Position numbers and translations under genes: made by a program. From a virus (lineage: Duplodnaviria; Caudoviricetes), in IMG/VR virus record IMGVR_UViG_3300048591_000242, positions 138,180 through 202,179 of that record: 64,000 nt of DNA. One strand, 5' to 3'. The notes beneath the pieces were generated by a model, which was given only the letters and a program-made list of their open reading frames with translations, was not told the DNA's origin and searched no databases. This document shows, piece by piece, positions 18,143 through 27,018 of the stretch; the stretch's first letter is position 1, and each line of letters begins with the position of its first letter.

Positions 18143-20236
18143 ATGTTCATGGGCAAACGTACCCTAACACTAGAAGAAAGAAAGGTACCCCTAACCAGAA
18201 GAACACATGGCACCATAGCGACTTTATCTAGTACCACTACGTTCGATAGTGCCTCCAGGGTACAAATGGCTAGTGTACAGGCAGGTCAAGCCCTAGTGCC
18301 ACACAAGTCAGATATACCAAGAATGTTACCTGGATTTGAAGATCAGTTAGCCAAATACACTTTTGGCGTAAAAGCACCAGATGATCTTAAGATTGTCTCA
18401 GTAATAAGTAAGTATAGCGGGGGCTTAGGCGCACATGCCATAAAGTCAAACCCCCTCATAACGGTAATTTATGTAAGTCTGAATACTGGGGAATATGGTT
18501 GCTTCCATATAGAGCAATATCAAAACCAGAGTGAGCGAGTACATGAGACTTTTGGCTTCAAATACAAACTTACTCCTAAAGCCAAGAATTTACACGTTAA
18601 CATGTGTTTAGAGAAAGGTGAAGTACTGTCTATCTCTCCCAATGTAGATGAACATGGATGGTACGCCACTGGTATATCAGCTAACGTAGCATACATGTCT
18701 ACTCCAGCTACTACGGAAGACGGATTTGAGATAAGTGATAGTCTATTGGAGAGAGCTAAGCCTACAGCTACTGGTTCTCGTGTAGCAGAATGGGGTAAGA
18801 AGTGTTATCCACTAAACATTTACAATGAGGGCGATGACAAGTATCGCCCTTTCCCAGAGATAGGAGACCCGATTCGTGAGGATGGTCTGGTGTACGCCAT
18901 GCGTGACTATGATGACGTTTTAGCTGGCTTAGACATGACCAACAAGTCTCTTTGTAAGGTGGACTTTGTACACGACGAGTGTGTCTACGGTAAACCAGGG
19001 GCTAAGGTATTTGATATAACTATCTATACTACTACCAATGAAGGTAGACGTAGCCATAACACTCCATCTGGCATGGAAAAGCTTTGTGAGAAATACTCAA
19101 AGCAGCACAGTCAGTATTATGAAAAGATACTGGAGTGCTATGCTAGCATTAAGCGAGTAACTAATGGGGATTTTAAAATAACCCCAGAATTACAAAACTT
19201 AATAGTAAGGGCTAACGGGGACATGCCTAACGTAGTGGTACGTAGACTGGAGGACAAGATACGTAAGAAAAATAGTATTATTAAAACTTGGCGAGCTAAC
19301 CCTATAGATGAGTGGCGAGTAGAGGTGTTCTATGAGTATTTATTCCCTATAGGGGAAGGGGCTAAGTTTAGTAATCGCCATGGAAGTAAGGGGGTTATTT
19401 GTCGAGTCACAAAATCTGAAGATATGCCTGTAGATGCCTTCGGTAACAGAGTAGATATAATTATCTATTCTAAAGGTTCTATCTCCAGACTAAACCCCGG
19501 GCAGTTTTATGAGCACTTCATAAACGCGTGTTCTAGAGACGTCACTCTGGACATAAAGGCCATGATAGGTACTGGTGATAGAAAGGGAGCACTGAAGCAT
19601 CTGTTGGAGTATTTACGCATTGCATCGCCTAGGTCATACGAGTTAATTGACTTTGATAATCAGGAGGAACTGGATGACTTATTGGATAGAGCGTGTAAGT
19701 ATGGTATTTATGTATTCGCGCCCTCTGACGATAAGGATTTAGGCATAGCTACGTTCTTTAAGCTAATGGAGTTTCGACCACCAAATAAATCACAAGTAAC
19801 ATATCGTGATGTATCTGGTAGGTTAGTTACTACAGTAGAACCTATTTTGGTAGGGGAAGAGGACGTTATTGTACTAGATAAGCTAGATCATAAACCGATG
19901 GCTGTATCTGGTATAAGAAGACAACATCATGGTTTCCCTGCTGTAGAGAATAAGAGTACTAAACATAGTACTCCTAGTAAGGAGCAGCCACCTAAGATTA
20001 TCGGTGAGTCTGAGGCTAGGACTGCGGCTGCCGTAATGGGTGGGGATGCAGTATCTGAGTTGTTGGATGTTACTACTAATCCAGAAACACACAGACGTAC
20101 AGCGGCTGCTATATTCGAAGCAGAAAATCCAATGGACATAGCGGATTTGGTTGATAGAGAGAATCCTTCTACTGGTGGTAGAAGTATACAATTTATTAAG
20201 CATGTGCTTAGCTGTGCTGGCTATACGATAAAATAA
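18143..20236 (+). CDS. Non-virion RNA polymerase beta C-terminal subunit (phiKZ gp71-73-like), uninterrupted
   Basis: GAKFSNRHGSKGVI, SRLNPGQFYE and KIIGESE rpoB motifs. Confidence 0.92.
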   Translation: MFMGKRTLTLEERKVPLTRRTHGTIATLSSTTTFDSASRVQMASVQAGQALVPHKSDIPRMLPGFEDQLAKYTFGVKAPDDLKIVSVISKYSGGLGAHAIKSNPLITVIYVSLNTGEYGCFHIEQYQNQSERVHETFGFKYKLTPKAKNLHVNMCLEKGEVLSISPNVDEHGWYATGISANVAYMSTPATTEDGFEISDSLLERAKPTATGSRVAEWGKKCYPLNIYNEGDDKYRPFPEIGDPIREDGLVYAMRDYDDVLAGLDMTNKSLCKVDFVHDECVYGKPGAKVFDITIYTTTNEGRRSHNTPSGMEKLCEKYSKQHSQYYEKILECYASIKRVTNGDFKITPELQNLIVRANGDMPNVVVRRLEDKIRKKNSIIKTWRANPIDEWRVEVFYEYLFPIGEGAKFSNRHGSKGVICRVTKSEDMPVDAFGNRVDIIIYSKGSISRLNPGQFYEHFINACSRDVTLDIKAMIGTGDRKGALKHLLEYLRIASPRSYELIDFDNQEELDDLLDRACKYGIYVFAPSDDKDLGIATFFKLMEFRPPNKSQVTYRDVSGRLVTTVEPILVGEEDVIVLDKLDHKPMAVSGIRRQHHGFPAVENKSTKHSTPSKEQPPKIIGESEARTAAAVMGGDAVSELLDVTTNPETHRRTAAAIFEAENPMDIADLVDRENPSTGGRSIQFIKHVLSCAGYTIK

Positions 20237-20284
20237 ACCATAAACTATCTAGTACTACAGCCATACTTTGGAGACAGTACTAGA

Positions 20285-20294
20285 TATATATTAC
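20285..20294 (+). promoter_or_regulatory. Early promoter
   Basis: AGA-TATATATTAC, CAACCAC 12 nt downstream, AGGAG SD. Confidence 0.75.
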
Positions 20295-20331
20295 CTTTTG
20301 AGTATACAACCACTAGTTAGGAGAAGAATAA

Positions 20332-22305
20332 ATGTCAATACCTAAATATAAGGCAAATGACATAGCCTTAATGTCTGAGGATGAGGTATGGGGTTTACCT
20401 AGGCAGATAGAAATTTTATTTGCAGATAAGGTAAAGTTAGTTACTACATGTAGAAGAACTATTATCAGTTGGTACATGTGGAGACTACATAGGGACTTTC
20501 CTGGGTGTCCTGTATTGAGTACGCATCACATAGGTAACAAGCGATTTGTGAAGCGTAGTGAGCTTAAAAGACTATCGGTTATTTTCTGGGACGTATATGA
20601 GGGTCATCTGGAAAAGCATGAAAATACCGTATGGGAGATGAGTAAAGCTACCTATGAAATAATAAATACCATTCACAACATAACGGTATCTAGACTGAGT
20701 CCTTATGTAACTACTACGGACTTAGCTGATATAGCTGAGATTATGACTCACCCAGTAATAGCTGGAGCTAAACGCAAGGCACAAGAGCGAATAGATGCTA
20801 ATGAGGATGGTTCGGTAGTACTGGCTGAAACCTTTAATGAAATCTTTTCTACGTTGGATGGAGATGACCCTAGCTTACGTAGAAATGGCATAGCCAAAAT
20901 GGTTCGTTGTGGATTGTTAAATAGAAACCAGATTTTACAATTCATAGGGCCTAGGGGATTTGTTAAGTCTACTGACGGTACTATGTATAGTGAGCCTATC
21001 TATGCAGGGTATGCGGATGGGTTAAAGAATCTGTATGACTCTATGACTGAGTCTAGAACTGCATCTTTAGCACTGTATATGAACGAAGGTCCTTTACAGG
21101 ACTCTGAGTACTTTAACAGACAGATGCAGCTTTTAGCAGCAGTTATCTCTGGGGTAGGTCAAGATGACTGTGGTACTCAGCATACCTTGGAGTGGTATGT
21201 AAATGAGAACGACCTAGAAGGGTTAGAGGGCAAGTACCATATAGTAGATGGCAAACCTGTTTTATTCAGTAAGCGGGACAGCCATTATGTAGGTAAGATT
21301 ATTAATCTTAGATCTATTACTAGATGTGCTAATCCAGACCCTACTGTAGTCTGTAAAACCTGTCTAGGATTAGTGCACAGGGTAATACCGCCTAGGACTA
21401 ACGTAGGGCACTTTCTTACAATTGAACCTCTAGCTACCTTGAGTCAGCTTATACTGTCTACAAAGCACGTAGTAGCCAGCGTAGCCTCATTGTATCTAGA
21501 TTTGTCTGGTTTACCGGGTAAATGGTTTAGATATGACTCTCAGAATAAATCCGCTATACGTGTAAAGAAAGCTAATATAGCTAACTCTTACTGTATTCGG
21601 TTTTTAGCTAGTGAGGCTTCTGGTTTAAACAGTATAGCTTCCTGTAGCGATGTATCGTCTTTACCGCCGCAGCGCATAAGTTGTATTACTGGCATACAGA
21701 TAGCTAACGCTGATGTAGACGGTAGTCCTAAGGGAGAATGGGATTCATTTGATACTGTGGTAGGTGGCGTGGGTAGTGCCTTGTCTGGGGATGTGATAGA
21801 AGCCATACAGCGTAATGGCTTTAAAGTAGTAGGGGAGATGATTGAGGTTTTGTTGGATGATTTTAGGGATAAGGTAATTATTATTACTCCTAGAAGAAAC
21901 GAAGATATGATGACTTATCTTAAACAGGTAAAGCATTTTGTATTCGGAGCTGAAAACAAAAACGACAAAGGGGACTCTCTAGTTAGCTATACTAACCCGG
22001 CTTTAGCTGTAGCTTCTTTGAAAAGAATATTTGATGAGAAGATTACAGTTAACGTTATACATGCTGAGATCTTAGTGAGGGCATGTATGACAAGGATAAA
22101 TCCGAATGACAGGTATGGTAACACTGACTACAATTTGCCGGTAGGGGGAGAGGCCTTTAGATTTACTAATGCTAAAGCTATAATTCATAATAGAAGTATA
22201 TCTGCGGCACTAGCATTTCAGGGACAGAAGAACTTACTTACCAATCCACAAACGTTTCTGGTACGAGACAGGCATCCACACCCACTGGATGCCTTTATTT
22301 ATTAA
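20332..22305 (+). CDS. Non-virion RNA polymerase beta' C-terminal subunit (phiKZ gp74-like)
   Basis: QILQFIGPRG, DDCGT, RSITRC...VCKTCLG Zn site, LSQLILSTKH (trigger-loop region). Confidence 0.92.
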   Translation: MSIPKYKANDIALMSEDEVWGLPRQIEILFADKVKLVTTCRRTIISWYMWRLHRDFPGCPVLSTHHIGNKRFVKRSELKRLSVIFWDVYEGHLEKHENTVWEMSKATYEIINTIHNITVSRLSPYVTTTDLADIAEIMTHPVIAGAKRKAQERIDANEDGSVVLAETFNEIFSTLDGDDPSLRRNGIAKMVRCGLLNRNQILQFIGPRGFVKSTDGTMYSEPIYAGYADGLKNLYDSMTESRTASLALYMNEGPLQDSEYFNRQMQLLAAVISGVGQDDCGTQHTLEWYVNENDLEGLEGKYHIVDGKPVLFSKRDSHYVGKIINLRSITRCANPDPTVVCKTCLGLVHRVIPPRTNVGHFLTIEPLATLSQLILSTKHVVASVASLYLDLSGLPGKWFRYDSQNKSAIRVKKANIANSYCIRFLASEASGLNSIASCSDVSSLPPQRISCITGIQIANADVDGSPKGEWDSFDTVVGGVGSALSGDVIEAIQRNGFKVVGEMIEVLLDDFRDKVIIITPRRNEDMMTYLKQVKHFVFGAENKNDKGDSLVSYTNPALAVASLKRIFDEKITVNVIHAEILVRACMTRINPNDRYGNTDYNLPVGGEAFRFTNAKAIIHNRSISAALAFQGQKNLLTNPQTFLVRDRHPHPLDAFIY

Positions 22306-22363
22306 ACTACAGAACGATAGGGTACAGCCGTGCCCTATCCGACTACATGGGAGTATATGGATA

Positions 22364-22651
22364 ATGAATAGACTAGAACATTTGATGGTTATATTCATGG
22401 AAGAATGTGGCGAGGTAGCGCACGAAACATCTAAGTTAATGCGTTTTGGTGTTAATGAAAGACAAAGTGATAAACATCTGACTAACATAGAAAGATTATC
22501 TATTGAGTTTAGTCAACTTATGGCTATGCGCGAAATGTTGGCTGATGAGGGTATAGACATTCAAATATATCCGGCATATCTGGCTGAGAAGAAACTGAAG
22601 GTAGAAGATTTTCTTGAGTACTCCAGACAGATTGGTACGCTAGTGCCATAA
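22364..22651 (+). CDS. MazG-like nucleotide pyrophosphohydrolase
   Basis: MEECGEVAHETSK...EFSQL acidic helical motif; GGAG SD favours ATG 22364 over the track start 22289. Confidence 0.65.
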   Translation: MNRLEHLMVIFMEECGEVAHETSKLMRFGVNERQSDKHLTNIERLSIEFSQLMAMREMLADEGIDIQIYPAYLAEKKLKVEDFLEYSRQIGTLVP

Positions 22652-22654
22652 TGG

Positions 22655-22939
22655 ATGATATGTAACTTAAGGGGGTATGTATTTTATTATATATCTGTAT
22701 TAACATTTGTTATAAGGCTTAGTGATATGATGTCGTGGCTAGCCGGACAGGGAATGTTAGTTATTAGTGTGGCAAGTATGTTTATTGTACTTTTAGGTAT
22801 GTTAGTTCTGGTAATACTTCTATTTAATATATTAAATTATTTAGAAAAGGATGCTAAGGGCAGTTACAAGTACAGTAGTGGGTATTCGCTGTTTAATAGT
22901 AGAAGTAATAATTCAAGTGACGGGGAGAGTAGAAAGTGA
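22655..22939 (+). CDS. Small membrane protein
   Basis: Long hydrophobic segment MLVISVASMFIVLLGMLVLVILLFNIL; true start may be the internal ATGATG. Confidence 0.55.
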   Translation: MICNLRGYVFYYISVLTFVIRLSDMMSWLAGQGMLVISVASMFIVLLGMLVLVILLFNILNYLEKDAKGSYKYSSGYSLFNSRSNNSSDGESRK

Positions 22940-23115
22940 AGAAAAGTAATTTAAAGGTACGACCTAATCAGAAGGCTAAGGCTGTAGCACGTAGAAAGAA
23001 AGGTATAGCTAAGCGTAATTCTCGAGGTGGGCAGCGACCGACTACACTAGCGAATCTACCACCAGAGATTCAGAAGATGGTGGCAGACATGCAGTTAAAA
23101 CAAAAAGCCCAATAA
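22936..23115 (+). CDS. Small highly basic protein (59 aa), not in the ORF track
   Basis: GTGA overlap, GGGGAGAG SD; MKKSNLKVRPNQKAKAVARRKKGIAKRNSRGGQRPTTLANLPPEIQKMVADMQLKQKAQ; followed by a terminator. Confidence 0.65.
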   Translation: MKKSNLKVRPNQKAKAVARRKKGIAKRNSRGGQRPTTLANLPPEIQKMVADMQLKQKAQ

Positions 23116-23135
23116 TTAAGGCTAGATTTAAGTGA

Positions 23136-23163
23136 CTAGAGAGAGGATAAAACCTCTCTCTAG
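23136..23163 (+). terminator. Terminator hairpin followed by TATGCT
   Basis: CTAGAGAGAGG-ATAAAA-CCTCTCTCTAG. Confidence 0.8.
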
Positions 23164-23222
23164 CTATGCTCTATTTTTTGAATGTAAGTTATGATATGGA
23201 TTCTATTTTTAGGAGAAGTATC

Positions 23223-23588
23223 ATGAAACCGCATAACTGGATGATGGTTAATTGGAAACCTATGTATGCGTTAATCTATTCTATAGTCTGTCTTGCTGAT
23301 TTTGTAGTCTTTCCAGCCTGGGTAGGCATACATCGAGTTAACTATTTTGAACTTTTAGAGGCAGTTAGTAAGTTTGATCCTAAGGTACAAGCGGAGCTTA
23401 TACACGTCGCTATGAAGAGTTGGGAGCCATTTACGTTAAAAGGTACCGGTCTATTTCATCTAGCTTCCGGGGCACTATTAACAGGCGCTGCCATTACTAA
23501 AGGACCAGACAGTAATGCGGTCTTTACTGACAAAGGTCTTAAGTTTGCACGTAGAAAAGAAGATAGAGTAAAGGTAAGTGTAGAGTAA
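23223..23588 (+). CDS. Holin-like membrane protein (3TM/GTA holin family)
   Basis: WKPMYALIYSIVCLADFVVFP...WEPFTLKGTGLFHLASGALL matches the family pattern; AGGAG SD before ATG 23223. Confidence 0.7.
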   Translation: MKPHNWMMVNWKPMYALIYSIVCLADFVVFPAWVGIHRVNYFELLEAVSKFDPKVQAELIHVAMKSWEPFTLKGTGLFHLASGALLTGAAITKGPDSNAVFTDKGLKFARRKEDRVKVSVE

Positions 23589-23594
23589 ACGTTC

Positions 23595-23622
23595 TAGGGT
23601 ATGGGTTTAGGCCTGTACTCTA
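23595..23622 (+). terminator. Terminator-like hairpin followed by TATGCTGT
   Basis: TAGGGTATGGGT/GCCTGTACTCTA stem with G-U pairs. Confidence 0.55.
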
Positions 23623-23661
23623 AACGCTATGCTGTAGTTTAAATATTAATCAGGGTAGAGA

Positions 23662-26136
23662 ATGGTATACGGCCCATATATAAAGGCCCTATGCCATTTA
23701 GCGTTCGCAGACATCCAAGGAGTTCCCATGGTACGTTATAAGTTCTCGGTATTTTCACATGGATTTACCGTTAGTCTTTTCTATGTAAACGACAAGCAGG
23801 CTATCCTTGAGTTTAGTAAAGACCTAGCTACATTTGAAGAAATGTGGGTACCCAAGCTACGTAGAAAAATAAGAAAGGTAAAGTCTGTGTTTGCAGCAGC
23901 TAGTATGGATAGAATGGAATATAGTTTTCTTATAGCTGACTTTGTACCTTTAATAAAATTCTTAAAGGAAAGAGGCTATACCGATGCGGATATGTCTATA
24001 TATAAACATAACGCCTCAGAGGGTATGCCTATTGAGATTGAATTGGGGGATGGAGTGGCTCCTAAAGATCAAGAACAAAGAGACGTAGTTGAGTTTATCA
24101 ATAGTCCAGACAAAACCAATATTGTTTTAAATCTAAGAACAGGTGGAGGTAAAGCACAACCTTTAGCTTCTAAGATTAAGATACCGGGTGGTTGGAGTAC
24201 TATGGGTGAGATGGAAGTAGGTAAAATTATAACTGCTCCAGACGGTACCCCCACTAAGGTAACCGGTGTACACCCTCAGGGGTTAAAGGGTTGTTATAAA
24301 TTAACTTTTAGCGACGGTAGAAGTTGTGAGGCTGACGGGGAACATTTATGGCGAGTATATGTGAAGGGAGAAGAACTTACTATAGATACCGCTGAAGTAC
24401 ATGGCTTGGTAGGTACAGGTAACGTACTGACCATACCGCTACCTACATCTGAGCACATATCGGAAGTAGAGTTACCCATGGACCCATATGAGCTAGGAAT
24501 TGGTTTAGGAGCTATGGATAATAACCATAAACTACCTACTGGTATAGTGGATTTAGAGGGATATACTCAGCTAAATGGATTAGCTTATGGCGAATATATC
24601 CCTAAACTATATCTACATGCTTCTACCACACAAAGACTAAATTTAGTACGTGGATTAATGGATGCTTGTGGTCACACTGTAACGGACGGCTCTGTTTACT
24701 TTACCTCCAATACCTATACCCTGGCAAAGAACCTTCAATATTTAGTTAGATCACTAGGAGGTTGTGCTAGCTTAACCACCAATACCACCAACAGGTTTGT
24801 AAGAGGGGCTATAAATAGAACTAGCTCGAGCTATAGGGTCTATGTAGAGTACCCTATTGTCACTGAGTTATATAGTTGTAATAGAAAGAAAACCAACTGT
24901 ATGTCTAGAGGCAAATACTTAAATAAGGTAGAGTGTCGTATAGTGAATGTAGAATACATAGGTAGAAAGGAAACTCAGTGTATCTCTGTAGATCACCCAG
25001 ACAAGCTTTACATTACTGATGACTTTATAGTAACGCATAACACGTTTTTGGGATTAAACTCCATAGCTAACTTTAAAGTACGCACGGCATTGATAATGAA
25101 TGCCGGGCACTTTAAGACATGGCAGGATTCCATGTCGTGGGTATACAAGGACGAAAAAAACTACTGTATAGTTAGGGGTAGAGATAATCTTAAACGGCTT
25201 ATAGAGCTATCTATAGCTGGAGAAAATGAGTATAAGCTTATCTATATCTCCATAGCTACGCTTAGAAAGTATATTACTGACTATCTAGCCACAGGGGAGA
25301 CTATAGAGGGGGTACATCCTAGAGAGTTATTTAGTGTATTAGGGGTAGGTTATCGCATAGTAGATGAGGCACATCAATCTATACATGCGATAGCCATACA
25401 AAACATTTTTACTCACGTAAACAAAACACTTTACTTATCTGCTACTTTAGTAACGGAAGATCCGTTTCTACAGAAACAGTATAAGAAAATGTTTCCTTTA
25501 GAAGATCAGTTTAAGAAAGGAGTAACTAACAAACACGCTCGAGGTATTAGTATTACCTATAGGGTAAAGGATAGGGATAAGATTCGCTGTACAGGGGGTA
25601 AAGGCTATAGTCATGTTGTTTATGAACATTGGATTATGTCAAATAAACAAAGACTTAGTAATTACATAGAGATGATAGAAAGTATTTTAACTGAATCATT
25701 CATAAGTGTAAGGGAAGGGAAACAAAAGGCACTTATCTTCTGCAGCACCACTGAGTTATGTAAGATAGTGGCAGATCAGCTAAGAATAAGTTATGGTGAT
25801 AGATTTACCATATCAGATTACGTAGCCAGTCACGATCCGTCTGTACTACACGACAACGATATAGTGGTATCTACACCACTATCGGCAGGTACTGGTGTAG
25901 ATATAGAAGACCTAAGAGTAGCCATATCTACTGTAGCCGTAAGATCCATTCAGCTTAACCAGCAGATGGCCGGGCGATTACGTCCGCTACGTAATCATCC
26001 AAATGTAACACCGGATTACATCTGGCTAAACTGTGGAGATATACCACAGCACTTGCAGTATAACTCAGCTAAGATGGAGCAGTTAGGAAACCATACCAAA
26101 GAGATTAAGTATACCTTTTATAACACTGAAATATAA
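23662..26136 (+). CDS. SF2 DEAD/H-like helicase (phiKZ gp75-like) containing an intein
   Basis: Walker A TGGGK|T split by the intein, VDEAH, LSAT, GTGVD and QMAGRLR motifs. Confidence 0.9.
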   Translation: MVYGPYIKALCHLAFADIQGVPMVRYKFSVFSHGFTVSLFYVNDKQAILEFSKDLATFEEMWVPKLRRKIRKVKSVFAAASMDRMEYSFLIADFVPLIKFLKERGYTDADMSIYKHNASEGMPIEIELGDGVAPKDQEQRDVVEFINSPDKTNIVLNLRTGGGKAQPLASKIKIPGGWSTMGEMEVGKIITAPDGTPTKVTGVHPQGLKGCYKLTFSDGRSCEADGEHLWRVYVKGEELTIDTAEVHGLVGTGNVLTIPLPTSEHISEVELPMDPYELGIGLGAMDNNHKLPTGIVDLEGYTQLNGLAYGEYIPKLYLHASTTQRLNLVRGLMDACGHTVTDGSVYFTSNTYTLAKNLQYLVRSLGGCASLTTNTTNRFVRGAINRTSSSYRVYVEYPIVTELYSCNRKKTNCMSRGKYLNKVECRIVNVEYIGRKETQCISVDHPDKLYITDDFIVTHNTFLGLNSIANFKVRTALIMNAGHFKTWQDSMSWVYKDEKNYCIVRGRDNLKRLIELSIAGENEYKLIYISIATLRKYITDYLATGETIEGVHPRELFSVLGVGYRIVDEAHQSIHAIAIQNIFTHVNKTLYLSATLVTEDPFLQKQYKKMFPLEDQFKKGVTNKHARGISITYRVKDRDKIRCTGGKGYSHVVYEHWIMSNKQRLSNYIEMIESILTESFISVREGKQKALIFCSTTELCKIVADQLRISYGDRFTISDYVASHDPSVLHDNDIVVSTPLSAGTGVDIEDLRVAISTVAVRSIQLNQQMAGRLRPLRNHPNVTPDYIWLNCGDIPQHLQYNSAKMEQLGNHTKEIKYTFYNTEI
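24154..25041 (+). mobile_element. Class 3 intein (296 aa) with LAGLIDADG-type endonuclease remnant
   Basis: Starts AQPL (Ala1), block B GEHLW, block F TQCISV, block G IVTHN followed by Thr+1; W-C-T signature; RGLMDACG motif. Confidence 0.9.
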
Positions 26137-26140
26137 ACCC

Positions 26141-26166
26141 AGGACTAGGGGATATCCTCTAGTCCT
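26141..26166 (+). terminator. Terminator hairpin followed by TATGCTGT
   Basis: AGGACTAGGGG/CTCTAGTCCT stem then TTTTATGCTGT. Confidence 0.75.
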
Positions 26167-26193
26167 TTTATGCTGTATATTGGAGAATTAATT

Positions 26194-26862
26194 ATGATAT
26201 CAATTTGTTTTAATAATAAGATGGTGGCTACAGACTCATTGCACCCAAAAACACCTATAGGGGGTAAAAACTATGGCGCCATATTTACCACGAAATGTGG
26301 AAAATTAAACGGCAACAAAATAATTGCTGTTGCATGCTGTGGAAATATCGTATTAGCTGGCCAGCTACTATACTCATATTTAGGTGACGTAACGCTGTAT
26401 AATACACCTGGAAATGAAGAGGATTTTTCTGTGTGGATCAGTAGAACCTATAAAAGGCTGTTAGGATTTGTCGATAACAGCGAAGTTGTAGTTTTCAGTA
26501 AGGGTACAGAAGGTACAGTTATACATACTTTTGGCATAAGTAGAAACGGTATATCTACGATTAAGGAAATACCTATGACTGAAGATGATATTGGTGTCTT
26601 AGACACATGTATTTATACCTCTGACGATCTAGACGAATATTGCGATAGTAAAGCCAACGTCAAATTACCAACCAACCCACTGGATAGGATGTGGGTTTAT
26701 TCTAAATACCACCAGGGTCGTAATCCTACTATCACATATCTAGAATTTGATACTATGGAACTTAAAACATACTCACCCACACCCGCCATTAAAAGGAAAT
26801 TAACTAAACTTGCAAAAGATACCCTTGAGTTTAGATTAGCTATAATAGAAAATAGAATTTAA
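26194..26862 (+). CDS. Hypothetical protein, possible HslV/proteasome-like Ntn fold lacking the catalytic Thr
   Basis: GGAG SD before ATG 26194; MISICFNNKMVATDS...KIIAVACCGN resembles the phage MTTIAxDGKxLAADS...GxAG family. Confidence 0.4.
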   Translation: MISICFNNKMVATDSLHPKTPIGGKNYGAIFTTKCGKLNGNKIIAVACCGNIVLAGQLLYSYLGDVTLYNTPGNEEDFSVWISRTYKRLLGFVDNSEVVVFSKGTEGTVIHTFGISRNGISTIKEIPMTEDDIGVLDTCIYTSDDLDEYCDSKANVKLPTNPLDRMWVYSKYHQGRNPTITYLEFDTMELKTYSPTPAIKRKLTKLAKDTLEFRLAIIENRI

Positions 26863-26949
26863 TCATGTATTGTATTATATGTAAGTTGCCGTGTCTTAAA
26901 TGCTTTATCGAGTATTTCTAGCAAACGAGACAATAGCACATAACCCGTT

Positions 26950-26977
26950 CTATGGCTAGCTTTAGTGCTAGCCATAG
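26950..26977 (+). terminator. Terminator hairpin
   Basis: CTATGGCTAGC-TTTAGT-GCTAGCCATAG 11-bp perfect stem. Confidence 0.7.
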
Positions 26978-27018
26978 ACACCCTTTATACCGCTTTTTTA
27001 TTTTTGGGGAATGCTGTA

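Noticed and set aside
18143-20236. Expected intron in the nvRNAP beta C-terminal gene (present in phiKZ)
   Set aside because: The ORF is continuous at about 700 aa; this is an intron-minus allele
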